Shown here: positions 10,201 through 19,425 of the stretch, piece by piece
Layout of the letters: each line of letters opens with the position of its first letter
Numbering within the stretch: the stretch's first letter is position 1
Assembly: GCA_035510635.1 (NCBI GenBank)
Contig: DATKGU010000001.1
Span: forward strand, 649-64,648
DNA: 64,000 bases
Source of the DNA: Minisyncoccota bacterium
GTDB taxonomy: Bacteria > Patescibacteriota > Minisyncoccia > Phycocordibacterales > SBAW01
Direction: 5' to 3'
The notes under the pieces: model-generated
What the model was told of the DNA's origin: nothing
The model's input: only the letters and a program-made list of their open reading frames with translations
Database searches by the model: none
Made by a program: the position numbers and the translations under genes

Positions 10201-10591
10201 TTGTCTTACCGACAGTTCAGGGACAACTTGTTATACTCGTTCTCAGCTTAATGCAGTAGTTGGAAATGCTGCAACGCCCTCCGTCCAAATCAGCACCCCA
10301 ACCACCCCCGTCATCTCAACCACCACCCCTCCCACCATATCTATCCAAGGCCAAAATCCAGCCACCATACACGTCGGCGACACTTACACCGACTTGGGAG
10401 CTCTTGTCACCGACAATCAAGGCCACCGCCTGGGTTACACCACCTACCTCAATGGCACACTGGTATCAACTCTCACGATTGATACAAGCACTACAACAAC
10501 TGACACCATAGACTATGTAGCAACCGACACGTGGGGCAACACAGCAACCTCCACACGCACCGTGATAATTGCCCCAGTCTCTTCCCAGTAA
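7268..10591 (+). CDS. secreted tailspike/tail-fibre-like protein (beta-helix domain, NxAxG repeats, peptidase S74 chaperone, C-terminal Ig-like domain)
   Basis: signal peptide ending AALA; YGVKCDGVTDDTAAMQAA pectate-lyase-3-like start; NTAVG/ALxxNT repeats; SDQRLK; ISIQGQNP..YTDLGA..YVATDTWGN. Confidence 0.8.
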   Translation: MNKYFFRNISIKIVASWATVIFVFATLLCSPSAALAISYTPGQTLNPACTPTDPTCVVTSTTNQAAIFVATSTTATSTFAGNVSVSGNVAIGSLSGILKAVTGVVTTALVNLSGDVTGILGISNGGTGTSTSPTYGKILVGNGSGGYNLMATSSLGIVTSSAVYATNYGVKCDGVTDDTAAMQAAANTGRVVMYPAGVCKFSTLVISSGGIIGEGEMVLPGSSPNLIPGGTVLLSTDTGSGNTISYVADWSTGNPGVFRNFSLLPSSGTVQKSGGVGIYISGNVSGDGYVNNYTAVDNILIRYFPTSISLQDSAAWTISNSNFLFYRVAGIAAGNLIAPDQGDSSIYATTLFNGNGGEWATEGSGILQTSSGGLKISDTKFNGGKYGYQWAQAGQTSDTLISNSSFENISTAAVDFQNTINTSGSPVRFTNIKITGNQFAGDNRDIYLEPISQYLGSSYWDNIVISGNTFYLATLSSIELDTAREFTIVGNTINGNYSTPVGILIASSDDATGFVGANNISGVGTAVVNNSATVTVSSSNSAVGAFNVSGTGAAYQLFGNTALFASTTNSSLAVGAPEAAGWMTASSSPQWRSIAIGAGALATTPINSAATKNIAVGYNALNANTSGFWNTAVGDSALNSNTSGILNVATGMNALNANTTGGYNVATGFQALYTNTTGSDNAAVGYNVLNNNLTAANTVAIGFSAAVGSGSYSNQGGVYIGYQAGDQVQTGSDYNTIIGYNAGYALTTGARNILIGQSTIPTSYNQVKTGSKNISIGNDVAVASSTASNQLDIGNFIYGTGLSGTGASVSPAYIGFGTTTPYASLEVWGSTNTGSTTVFSVVSSASTTLFSVSANGYATLQNSLYQSSDQRLKTDITTLDASSSLAALLALTPVSYTRIDQPELGTNLGFIAQQVQQIFPELVSTSSPTALTPDGTLTLNYTGLIAPIVKAIQAIASEIVSIQNTIAGFANSFTTKQLCLTDSSGTTCYTRSQLNAVVGNAATPSVQISTPTTPVISTTTPPTISIQGQNPATIHVGDTYTDLGALVTDNQGHRLGYTTYLNGTLVSTLTIDTSTTTTDTIDYVATDTWGNTATSTRTVIIAPVSSQ

Positions 10592-10623
10592 GTGACTTGA
10601 TATATCAAGTCACTACAAAATCA

Positions 10624-11418
10624 ATGAAAACTTTTGTATTAAGTAGCATCACCTTTCTTGTACTTCTCTCTAGTGCAAGCATTGCTTTGGCCTCCACCGG
10701 CACCATCGACCCCACCAACCACTACGCTTGGAGCGACAACGGAGGCTGGGTCAACTGGTATGCCACTGGAGGGAATGTACAAGTAACAGACACCGCACTC
10801 ACTGGCTACATCTGGTCTGCCGGCTTTGGCTGGATTAACCTTGCTCCTACCAATGGAGGAGTACTTAACACCGGAGGCTACCTCAGTGGCTATGCCTGGG
10901 GAGCCAGCACCGGTTGGATTAGCTTCCTTGGTGTCACCATCGACCAACAGGGCGTCTTCCATGGACACACCGTGGCACAAAACATCTTTGGCACCATGAC
11001 CTTTGACTGTGATAACTGCAAGGTCACCACTACGTGGAGACAGGGAAGCACAAACACAAACACAGGCGGTGGTGGCACAGTGAGTGGCCCTCTTGCGGTG
11101 GGGTATACCAACCCTTCGACAGGCTCATCACAAGCCACCACCTCAACTAAACCTCTGCCTCCAACCCTCATACCCACCTCCAAACCCTCTACCATTCCAC
11201 AACCCACCTCTAAACCACCCTCTTCATCTAAGAGCCCAACCTACACCACTCAAACACCTCTTGTCCCCGTATTTCCAACGAATAATGTAAAAACAAATAC
11301 CAAAGGCGGCAACGCAACCCCACCTTTCACTCCTGCATCTGTTGCTCCAAGCTGCACGTGGTTAACTTGCTGGTGGCAATCAATAATTGGATTCTTTGCA
11401 CGGTTGTTTGGGAGGTAA
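10624..11418 (+). CDS. secreted protein with GYAW/GWI repeats and Pro/Thr linker
   Basis: signal peptide; repeated (G)YxW..GWI motifs; amphipathic C-terminal helix. Confidence 0.75.
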   Translation: MKTFVLSSITFLVLLSSASIALASTGTIDPTNHYAWSDNGGWVNWYATGGNVQVTDTALTGYIWSAGFGWINLAPTNGGVLNTGGYLSGYAWGASTGWISFLGVTIDQQGVFHGHTVAQNIFGTMTFDCDNCKVTTTWRQGSTNTNTGGGGTVSGPLAVGYTNPSTGSSQATTSTKPLPPTLIPTSKPSTIPQPTSKPPSSSKSPTYTTQTPLVPVFPTNNVKTNTKGGNATPPFTPASVAPSCTWLTCWWQSIIGFFARLFGR

Positions 11419-11422
11419 ATAT

Positions 11423-11483
11423 CAAAGGGTATCATCACTGAGGAGGAATTTACAGCAAAGAAAAACAATTACTCGGCATTTAA
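11423..11483 (+). pseudogene. remnant of a SHOCT-domain gene 3' end
   Basis: translates SKGIITEEEFTAKK/KQLLGI* with a frameshift in an A-run and no upstream ORF. Confidence 0.55.
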
Positions 11484-11945
11484 GTTTGGGTGGTCTACCC
11501 ATATACCATTAAAGACCGACCAGCTTGCCTTGTAGAAAGGTTCTCTAGGCGTCTAGGGACGTTTCTGATGATGGAGAACGGTGGGGTATGTGGTTTCCTT
11601 CAACCCGCAATCTAATTCTTCTTCTGTGAGGGGATTTTATATTTTTATGCCACAAAAATAGTGGTGTAGTAAATCCCCTCCAAAAATGCTTTTGTTCGAG
11701 CCATTTTTATATGGTCATTTTTCATGTATCTGCAGGTTTATATGCAGGTACCTAGAAGTATTTGCAACATTTTTTTGGACAAGTCAAATTGCTGTGCTAC
11801 TGTCGAGGAGTCTTGAAGAAAAAAGTCGAAAACAAGGTTCCTGAGATTGAGCTTGAGTGTACACGAGCTTTCGATCTCCTGTTTAAACTTTTAATCGGCA
11901 CGGACGAAAACGAACAAAAGCCCTTATAAAGTAAAGATAATTGTT

Positions 11946-12131
11946 ATGGATAAAAACTATAAGCATCCGTGGCTCTGTCGCGGGTGTGGGGCGAAGTTGA
12001 AGTGGCCGCTGGTGGTCAAAAGCATTTTTGGAAACGGTTGGGTTTGTTTTGGGTGCCAAGTCAAGGAGTGCATAAACGGTGATTTTATTCGCGGGCACGA
12101 GAGAGGGAAAAACATCCCTCCCCGAACATGA
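11946..12131 (+). CDS. small Cys-motif protein
   Basis: CRGC and CFGC pairs; stop overlaps next ATG (ATGA). Confidence 0.45.
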   Translation: MDKNYKHPWLCRGCGAKLKWPLVVKSIFGNGWVCFGCQVKECINGDFIRGHERGKNIPPRT

Positions 12132-12394
12132 GCGCTGGGCGCGGTGTGCGTTCCAGCTGGCTTGAACACAAATTGGACGAGTTGATGCACGACATCAAAG
12201 CATACGCGGAGGCCCATTCGGAAGCGTGGTGGATTTATAGCACGGACATCGAGATGCAATACGCCGAAGGCGACTACGTACAGTTGTGGGACGAACTTGA
12301 GTGGATGCGGGGCAATGTCAAAAATCCAGCGTTTCGAAATATGTTGACCGAGGCGCTGGAGTTAATAAAAGCAATAAATATCGAGTATGAGTGA
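12128..12394 (+). CDS. hypothetical protein
   Basis: 88-aa ORF coupled to both neighbours. Confidence 0.6.
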   Translation: MSAGRGVRSSWLEHKLDELMHDIKAYAEAHSEAWWIYSTDIEMQYAEGDYVQLWDELEWMRGNVKNPAFRNMLTEALELIKAINIEYE

Positions 12395-13055
12395 TGACTG
12401 CGGAGTGCCGCCACTCTTTCCGGGTTTTAGGCCGGAGGACTTCACAAAGGCGTTCTTCAAATATCCGAGGGTGCTGGAGCAGTACTGGCACGTCATGACG
12501 AACAGCGAGGCCAAGGTGCTCACGTTCCTGCTCCGCATGCTTCCGGGTTTCCAAAAAACACAGGATGCTGTGAGCCTGAGCCAGTTCATGGGTGGCGTCG
12601 GCTCCCACAACAAGGGTACGGGTATCAGTCGCACACAGGTTCGGCGGGCAATCGAAGGTTTAGAGGAAAAAGGGTTCATAATCCGAACGCGCCAGCCAGG
12701 GCGGTCGACGGTGTACCGTCTTCGCTACACCGAAGGATTGGCGGTCGAAACTGTGCCAGTGAAAGAAGCTCCCTTGGAGATTCAACGCCTTATACGGCTC
12801 TTCATGCCGGTCGCCGAGCATCGCGTAGAGACCTACCTACAGGACAGGACGCAGATTAAGGCAATCGAGCGGCTGGTTGAGTACTACGGCGTTGAAAAAG
12901 TTGAGGCCTACATCAACACTCTGCCGACGATTCATGGAAAGCGCTTTATGCCGGTCATCACGTCGCCGGTAGAGCTTGAACAGAAACTGCCGAAGTTGGC
13001 TGACGCTATAAAGCGGCGACGAGGCGAAGAGGGGAACAGTCAAATGCTGTTCTGA
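12387..13055 (+). CDS. HTH protein resembling phage/plasmid replication initiators
   Basis: SEAKVL...TGISRTQVRRAIEGLEEKGFI winged-HTH pattern. Confidence 0.65.
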   Translation: MSDDCGVPPLFPGFRPEDFTKAFFKYPRVLEQYWHVMTNSEAKVLTFLLRMLPGFQKTQDAVSLSQFMGGVGSHNKGTGISRTQVRRAIEGLEEKGFIIRTRQPGRSTVYRLRYTEGLAVETVPVKEAPLEIQRLIRLFMPVAEHRVETYLQDRTQIKAIERLVEYYGVEKVEAYINTLPTIHGKRFMPVITSPVELEQKLPKLADAIKRRRGEEGNSQMLF

Positions 13056-13355
13056 CCATGCCCATGCAGGGCACAGCAGCCGGTGCACTGCTTGGGCACA
13101 CACCGGGTACAAAAGTATGCACGCCTACCGTGTCCATGCCACAAACAGAACAATAGTTAATAGAACAATAGAAATTAACAATACTGGTTGAGCTTTTTCT
13201 GGAAAGGAAAAGCTGGAAAAGGAAAGTCGGGCATCATCAGTTTCAGAATGTCCGCACACTGTCCGACTTTTTCTTCGCCAGCAAATGCGCCTGTTCCGCG
13301 TCCAGTAGTTCCAACAGTTTACAACTGCTAACAGCCAATTATTATCAGCCAAATA

Positions 13356-13508
13356 ATGAATGACATCGAAGCACTGCGAGACTACATCATTGCCGACGAG
13401 ATACATCGTATCCAATCGCTGTCACACGAGGAGTTAGTGCGTGAGCTCGTCGAACTCAGTTCTCGGGAGATTGAAAAAATGACTGACTCCCAACTCTTGA
13501 TTAAGTAG
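13356..13508 (+). CDS. small acidic helical protein upstream of recombinase (not in ORF track)
   Basis: 50-aa ORF MNDIEALRDYIIADEIHRIQSLSHEELVRELVELSSREIEKMTDSQLLIK. Confidence 0.55.
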   Translation: MNDIEALRDYIIADEIHRIQSLSHEELVRELVELSSREIEKMTDSQLLIK

Positions 13509-13527
13509 AACCCCCACAAGACCATAA

Positions 13528-15273
13528 ATGAAATTAGATAACTCACAACCTAAAAAAGAACTTCGAGCGGCGATCTACCTTAGAGTGTCGACCTTAGCCC
13601 AGTCCGAGGAGGATGCTTACGGCCTCGATGTGCAGGAGGAAAGAGCTCGTAAGTTTTGCACCTCGCAGGGGTACCTCCTCGATGAAGCTCACCTCTATAC
13701 CGACAAAATTTCCGGAGGTACACGACCGGAGGAACGTGAGGGATTATCCAAACTACTGGCCGCTGCCGAGAGAGGGGAGTTTGACTGCATGCTGGTCTAC
13801 AAAATTGACCGCGTTGCCAGAAACCTAAAAATTTTCCTTGGCATTGTTGAGCAGCTGCTGGCACTTAAACTTATCTTCCGCTCTGTCACTGAGCCAATCG
13901 ACACCTCAACCCCGATCGGGGAGATGGTGATGCAAATTTTGGCAATGTTTGCTCAATTTGAGAGAGGCATGATTCGAGACCGCACTATGAGCGGTCGAAT
14001 ACAAGCTGCCAAACATGGTTCTTGGGTGGGAAGCGTGCCTCCGTATGGGTACATCCTTAATAAAACCACCCGCAGGTTGGAGATTAATCCAAAGGAGGGG
14101 AAAATCGTGAAGCAAATATTTAAGTGGCTGGTGGATGACAAGTTGGCCGTCCACGAAATTGAGCGACGACTAAATGCAATGCAGGTGCCGGCACCATGGT
14201 CGACTAAAATTAGTACCAAAGAAACACAAAACGTTTGGCGCAAGTTCAGTGTAATAAGAGTCTTGGTCAATGAAGTACACACTGGCACCTTTTACTACCG
14301 CAAGTTCCGCAAACCGTTTAATGGCTTGACCAGCATTACTGACCCCAGCCGACTACGGCCGAGAGAGGACTGGATAGAGCAACATTGCGACCCCATTATC
14401 ACGACCGAGATGTACGAAGCGGCAAAGCGTCAACTTACACACAACCGAGAGTTTGCCCGACGCAACCGCAAGCATGAGTACCTATTCTCCAAAATCATCT
14501 ATTGTAGTGGGTGCAAACACAAAATGTTCGGTGGATTCCAGCCCGCTAGGGAAGAGTGGGGATACCAAGGTGGTCGGTACTACCACGGTGTGTATCGTAA
14601 GGACGATGCGCTAGGCAAGACAGCGCGATGCCAGTGGTGCCCCAACTACTCCGAGGCACGGCTTGAGCCGGTATGGGACTGCCTTAAAGATATATTAAAG
14701 AACCCGAAGAACATGACACGGCCTTTGGAGAAATATATACATAAGGAAAAAGACCCCCTGCCGGTCAAGCAGCGGCTTCAGGATATTGATACAGCCTTGG
14801 ATACCATAAGCAGAAAACGTGACCGTGTGGACGCGCTCTATATAAATGAGCAACTGGATGAGCAAAAGTACAAGGCCTATCAGGTCGAGTTCAAGCAAGA
14901 CGAACAGCGGCTTAGGGATGAGCAAACGCACCTCCGACAGACCTTGTTAAGCAAGCGAGAGGTTGCTGACCGCCAGAAAGCGGTGCAGCGCGCATACGAA
15001 CAAGTCAAAGCTCGGCTTGATGCCGTTACCTACGACGAGAAAGCTAAAATCGTCTCATACTTCGTTGAGCGCATCACTCTGCACGCCAAAGAGAACTATG
15101 CGGAGGTGGTGTTCAGATTCTCCAAAGGCACAGACATAGGTACCGTAGCTACCTTGCAAGGAGACAAAGCCTTCCCGCTGGTGCACAAAATCAACACCAT
15201 CCCCGAGAGGGAGCGGAGAGCCACTCTCATGGCAACGAACCCCGAGATGTTCGTGTCGAAGGTGCTGGTGTAA
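13528..15273 (+). CDS. large serine recombinase
   Basis: AIYLRVST catalytic Ser, DRVAR, PPYGY, CSGC zinc ribbon, coiled coil. Confidence 0.93.
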   Translation: MKLDNSQPKKELRAAIYLRVSTLAQSEEDAYGLDVQEERARKFCTSQGYLLDEAHLYTDKISGGTRPEEREGLSKLLAAAERGEFDCMLVYKIDRVARNLKIFLGIVEQLLALKLIFRSVTEPIDTSTPIGEMVMQILAMFAQFERGMIRDRTMSGRIQAAKHGSWVGSVPPYGYILNKTTRRLEINPKEGKIVKQIFKWLVDDKLAVHEIERRLNAMQVPAPWSTKISTKETQNVWRKFSVIRVLVNEVHTGTFYYRKFRKPFNGLTSITDPSRLRPREDWIEQHCDPIITTEMYEAAKRQLTHNREFARRNRKHEYLFSKIIYCSGCKHKMFGGFQPAREEWGYQGGRYYHGVYRKDDALGKTARCQWCPNYSEARLEPVWDCLKDILKNPKNMTRPLEKYIHKEKDPLPVKQRLQDIDTALDTISRKRDRVDALYINEQLDEQKYKAYQVEFKQDEQRLRDEQTHLRQTLLSKREVADRQKAVQRAYEQVKARLDAVTYDEKAKIVSYFVERITLHAKENYAEVVFRFSKGTDIGTVATLQGDKAFPLVHKINTIPERERRATLMATNPEMFVSKVLV

Positions 15274-15285
15274 AAAAGCTGAATT

Positions 15286-15606
15286 TTACTCCGAGTCTTT
15301 CCTCCGCTGAATAGCACGTAGCACCGTAGCGGCTACAAAATCTTTGCGTGCCTCTCCCAATACGGGCAACGCAGCCAGTACAGACGCATTGTTTGTTGGG
15401 AGTAAGTCCACTTTTCCTTCGTTGTAGTTAGTAAGTTGCGTCAGGAACTCATCGAGCCACGATGGTGTTACGGTGAGCACTTCGTCAAAGTCGATTTGGA
15501 TCGCCTCATCAGGATTAAGTTGCGGACGGATAGCATTAAATGCCTCTAGCCCTGCTGGACGAGAAACAAGTACGGAGCCAAATTTTTTAAGTTGAATGGT
15601 TTGCAT
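15286..15606 (-). CDS. STAS-like (DUF4325-type) protein
   Basis: LVSRPAG...IDFDEV..TPSWLDE; follows an HATPase gene. Confidence 0.7.
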   Translation of the reverse strand: MQTIQLKKFGSVLVSRPAGLEAFNAIRPQLNPDEAIQIDFDEVLTVTPSWLDEFLTQLTNYNEGKVDLLPTNNASVLAALPVLGEARKDFVAATVLRAIQRRKDSE

Positions 15607-15618
15607 ATCTAACGTGTC

Positions 15619-16344
15619 TTAAAATAGTATAACAGCATATGTGCCACGGATATTTCCGTCAGTCATCTTAATGTGCATCAATCCGGGGCCGGTAGGGATG
15701 TTAACGAGGCCGATGCCCGAACGGAACAAGAGTCCAATTTCCTTTGACTCTACAACATTGCGGACCACTTTGAGTCCGTTGCCACGCTTCTCCGGGTTTC
15801 TTCCCGAAACAATTTCCGTAAACGCTACCGTTAGAGCATCGACATCGGTAGTAAGATTTGGTCGCACTTGTTGGAGTGTTGCTTTTACGCCACGTCCGCG
15901 GTCTGCAAGAACTATCACCCGCTTTGCAATGTCATATGCATAAAATACACCTGGCACATCAGGCCAGTTACCAACGTTGTGTGCGAAAGAGTTATCGCCA
16001 ATTTCTGCTGCAACCAGTGTGAGGAGCGATGCTAAGTCTTCGGGCATATGCCCCGTTTTCTGCAATTCTATCCCCATCTTAGCCACTCGACTGGTGAAGC
16101 GATCTGGTCGTTCGCAATAATATTCACTTGGAAGTGCTGGCGGTATGGCGCTTGTTGCCCATGCTAATCCAAGCATCTGAAGGTCGAGAGCAAAACTATT
16201 AAGGTCTCGTAGAGCATAATAGCGGTGCTTTCCTCCACTCCGTTCAGCACGAAGCTTCCCGGATTTCTCCCAGTTGCGTAGGGTTTGAACGGATACATTA
16301 AGTATCTTTGCCGCCTCACCTATGCGTACTTTTCCAGTATTCAC
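15619..16344 (-). CDS. MerR-type HTH fused to HATPase-like domain
   Basis: IGEAAKILNVSVQTLRNWE; EIGDNSFAH, DRGRG, RGNGL boxes. Confidence 0.8.
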   Translation of the reverse strand: MNTGKVRIGEAAKILNVSVQTLRNWEKSGKLRAERSGGKHRYYALRDLNSFALDLQMLGLAWATSAIPPALPSEYYCERPDRFTSRVAKMGIELQKTGHMPEDLASLLTLVAAEIGDNSFAHNVGNWPDVPGVFYAYDIAKRVIVLADRGRGVKATLQQVRPNLTTDVDALTVAFTEIVSGRNPEKRGNGLKVVRNVVESKEIGLLFRSGIGLVNIPTGPGLMHIKMTDGNIRGTYAVILF

Positions 16345-16350
16345 CCTGTC

Positions 16351-16452
16351 AGATTAGGGTCAAAACCTATAAAAGTCAAGATTTGTTTATAGGTTTATGT
16401 GTAAAACTTACAAAAACAGCCCTTATTGTAGGTTTAACAGGGAAACCTACAA
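16351..16452 (-). promoter_or_regulatory. promoter plus array of five AAACYTAYAA-like operator sites
   Basis: minus-strand TTGACT-17-TAATCT; motif copies at 16363, 16386, 16404, 16426, 16443 in alternating orientation. Confidence 0.6.
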
Positions 16453-16624
16453 CCACTGAAATGGCCTTACTATGGGTTCTAAAATTGAGACTTTGGAGGT
16501 CATAATCTTAAAGAGCCGATTCTGTATGGATATTTGTTGGGTTTTGCTATCCTCCTTTCCTAAAAGGAGGAACACAAAAACTCCCAGGGTGTTTTAGCGG
16601 AACAACTGCCAAGAAGTAAAATAA

Positions 16625-16658
16625 CAAAAAAGCTCGGATTTCAATCCGAGCTTTTTTG
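16625..16658. terminator. bidirectional terminator
   Basis: caaaaaagctcggatt-tc-aatccgagcttttttg. Confidence 0.7.
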
Positions 16659-17096
16659 TGATATCGTCTGTGGCGGAACTGTATAGGAGCACCACATGAG
16701 CGGATATCGAGGCGTCGAGCTTGATTTTGGCGCATATAATTGGCCTCAAAATCGGGTCGAGTTTGACTTGGTGGCGTCGCAAGGCAGCAGATCGGGTTGC
16801 GCCACGACAACACCCCGCACAACCTTTAAGCCCGCGGCGCATGTCACTCCAAGGTTTCGCAAGCGGGACAAGAAGTCCACCAGCGTCGGTAAGAAGAGAA
16901 AGAAATAAGGAGAGAGGCCAAAGCGACCCAGGATTATTCCGGTGTCGCTTTTTTAAATGTTGGACCTGCGAGGTCGAACAATTCTCCATATTTTAGAGGG
17001 CTAAAATAACCTTATTAAACAAGGGTCTTGACGACTTGACAAATCTATTGCTTTAACATATAATAGGTAGGAAAGCTCATTCAAAGGAGAGAGCAG

Positions 17097-17600
17097 ATGT
17101 TTCTAAGCTGGAAGTTCAATGAGGAAAAAGAACCTCGTGGGTGGGTTGAAAGGTTCACCAACGGCACTGGTCCTGACACTAAAAAAGAAATACAGCGGAG
17201 ACGACACCTACTTGAAAACGAACGTCCACCGTATCGTGTATACACAGTTGAATGGATGGATACTGATGCAACCATCTGGACTATCGAAAAGTGGTATGTG
17301 AAGGAAGTTACCCTCGCATACATTCTGAAGAAAAATGGTGAGCCTATCACTGGTGGTGGCACCATCCACTTGCCCCGCTTTGTGTATAAATATCCAGATG
17401 GAAAAACGGGTGAGGTGATAATGGAGACATACGCACTTATCCCGTCTTGGTTAGAGATAGAGCCCTTTAAAGGTCAAACCATGATCTGGGGTTTGCGTAC
17501 TGATGGCACTCGCCGCGATGCTGGAAATATATGTGAAAATTTCCTTTGCCAAGAGGTGGCTAAGGACGACAACCTTCACCCTGTTGTGAGATTGGGCTAG
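17097..17600 (+). CDS. hypothetical protein
   Basis: 167-aa ORF with AAGGAG upstream and promoter-like TTGACA. Confidence 0.6.
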   Translation: MFLSWKFNEEKEPRGWVERFTNGTGPDTKKEIQRRRHLLENERPPYRVYTVEWMDTDATIWTIEKWYVKEVTLAYILKKNGEPITGGGTIHLPRFVYKYPDGKTGEVIMETYALIPSWLEIEPFKGQTMIWGLRTDGTRRDAGNICENFLCQEVAKDDNLHPVVRLG

Positions 17601-17742
17601 TAGAACACTTGACTGAACTGTAAAGTCTAAATGTAATACAGATCTTTTTCTCTCTTGTCATAACGCCGGAGATTCCGGTATCGGAAATAAAGCCCACCGC
17701 AAGGTAGGGCTTTCGTATTTATGGGGAAGAAGATTATATAGT

Positions 17743-17771
17743 TTGACTTATGGGAGCTAATCGCTTATATT
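17743..17771 (+). promoter_or_regulatory. sigma70 promoter for rpsN-secY block
   Basis: TTGACT-17 nt-TATATT. Confidence 0.65.
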
Positions 17772-17891
17772 GCTCGTAGCCCTCAAGGGCTCCTTTTTTC
17801 TAGACGGTGCCGCTTAGTCCTCCTTTATAGGTTTGGGCGAGGCATACCTCCAGAATCATAACCCCGGGGTTACGGGGTGCATCACTCACAT

Positions 17892-18077
17892 ATGGCAAAA
17901 AAGTCTACAGTAGCACGCTCAAACCGCGCACCCAAGTTTAAATCTCGGGTGGTTAATCGTTGCTTCCGCTGTGGTCGCAAGCGCGCCTTTATGCGCGACT
18001 TTGGCATGTGCCGCGCCTGCTTCCGCGAAGCCGCAAATGAAGGATTGATCCCTGGTGTCAGAAAGTCATCTTGGTAA
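17892..18077 (+). CDS. rpsN: 30S ribosomal protein S14, Zn-binding type
   Basis: [23 protein letters not shown]. Confidence 0.96.
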   Translation: MAKKSTVARSNRAPKFKSRVVNRCFRCGRKRAFMRDFGMCRACFREAANEGLIPGVRKSSW

Positions 18078-18117
18078 TTCACTAAACCCTACACCCTAAG
18101 ATCTATACCCTAATTAT

Positions 18118-18504
18118 ATGATTACTGACCCTATTGCAGACATGCTGGTACGCATCCAAAACGCCTCGATGGCGGGGAAGGACCGCGTCTCTATGCCGCG
18201 CTCACAGATGAAGCTCGCCATCGCCGAGATACTCAAGCGCGAGGGCTACGTGAGCGAGGTAGACAAAAAATCAAAAAACAACGACCTCTCGCTCATGCTT
18301 TCCTACAAAAACGGCCGCCCGGCGTTTGGCGGATTTAAACGCGTCAGCAAACTCTCCCGCCGCATGTACATGGGCGTGCGCGACATCAAACCGGTTAAGC
18401 GCGGCCATGGTCTTCTGGTGCTCTCGACTCCCGCAGGCATCCTCACAGGCAAAGAGGCGCAGATTAAGCGCGTTGGCGGCGAGGCCCTGTTCGAAATTTG
18501 GTAA
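18118..18504 (+). CDS. rpsH: 30S ribosomal protein S8
   Basis: TDPIADMLVRIQNA, STPAG, GGE. Confidence 0.97.
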   Translation: MITDPIADMLVRIQNASMAGKDRVSMPRSQMKLAIAEILKREGYVSEVDKKSKNNDLSLMLSYKNGRPAFGGFKRVSKLSRRMYMGVRDIKPVKRGHGLLVLSTPAGILTGKEAQIKRVGGEALFEIW

Positions 18505-18510
18505 ACCATT

Positions 18511-19044
18511 ATGTCACGACTTGCTAAACGACCCATTGCACTGCCCGCTAAAACTGAACTCACGTTCAAGGCTAACGAGCTTTCTGTAAAAGGCCCTAAA
18601 GGTACGCTCACCAAAGCGGGGCACCGCCTCATTGGTATCGAGAACGTGCCGGAGGGTGTGCAGGTATCCACCAAGGCAGACACGCTTGAGGCTCGCGCAC
18701 TTGTGGGCACCTACGCCAGCCACGTGCGCAACATGCTCGAGGGTGTTACCAAAGGTTTTACTAAAAAACTTTTAGTCGAAGGCGTCGGCTACAAGTGGGA
18801 GGTGCAGGGCAAGACGCTCAACCTCGCACTCGGATTTTCTCACCCGGTAAAAATGGACATCCCCGAGGGGCTCACCGTTAAGGCCGAGAAGAACGCCCTC
18901 ATCATTGATGGATTTGATAAAGAGCTTGTCGGACAATTTGCTGCCAACGTGCGTGCACTCAAAAAGCCGGAGCCGTACAAGGGCAAAGGTATCCGCTACG
19001 AGGGCGAGGTCATCCGCCGCAAGCAGGGTAAGAAGGCTGCATAA
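18511..19044 (+). CDS. rplF: 50S ribosomal protein L6
   Basis: VKGPKG, LGFSHP, PEPYKGKGIRY. Confidence 0.97.
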   Translation: MSRLAKRPIALPAKTELTFKANELSVKGPKGTLTKAGHRLIGIENVPEGVQVSTKADTLEARALVGTYASHVRNMLEGVTKGFTKKLLVEGVGYKWEVQGKTLNLALGFSHPVKMDIPEGLTVKAEKNALIIDGFDKELVGQFAANVRALKKPEPYKGKGIRYEGEVIRRKQGKKAA

Positions 19045-19053
19045 AGAACCACC

Positions 19054-19419
19054 ATGAAAACTAAAAGCATCACAAATCAGATAAACCGCGAGCGCCGCCA
19101 TGCGCGCATCCGCGCCAAGATTATGGGCACTCCCGAGCGCCCGCGCCTCGCCGTGTTTAAATCAAACCGTTATTTGCACGCGCAGATAATTGACGACACG
19201 CTTGGCAAGACGCTTGTTGCTGGTAGCACCAAAGAGGTAGGCGCTGCAAAAAAAGGCGTCAAAAAAATGGATGCCGCCAAACTGCTTGGTCTCGACTTGG
19301 CAAAGCGCGCCAAGGCGGCGGGTATTGAGACTGTGGTGTTCGACAGGGGAGGCTTTCGTTACACTGGGCGCATTACCACATTGGCCGACGCCGCGCGCGA
19401 GGGCGGTCTCAAATTTTAA
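19054..19419 (+). CDS. rplR: 50S ribosomal protein L18
   Basis: [25 protein letters not shown]. Confidence 0.97.
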   Translation: MKTKSITNQINRERRHARIRAKIMGTPERPRLAVFKSNRYLHAQIIDDTLGKTLVAGSTKEVGAAKKGVKKMDAAKLLGLDLAKRAKAAGIETVVFDRGGFRYTGRITTLADAAREGGLKF

Positions 19420-19425
19420 TATCAT

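Larger units (their letters stand above)
6820..17720. mobile_element. accessory island splitting the spc operon between rplE and rpsN
   Basis: rplE and rpsN are normally adjacent; the interval contains a large serine recombinase, an HTH protein and a gene remnant; att sites not identified. Confidence 0.55.

Noticed and set aside
7268-15273. Prophage
   Set aside because: No capsid, portal, terminase or lysis genes; the fibre protein has a signal peptide.
16594-16996. Small ORFs downstream of the operator array
   Set aside because: Several overlapping frames with no motif or clear start signal; cannot choose a real one.
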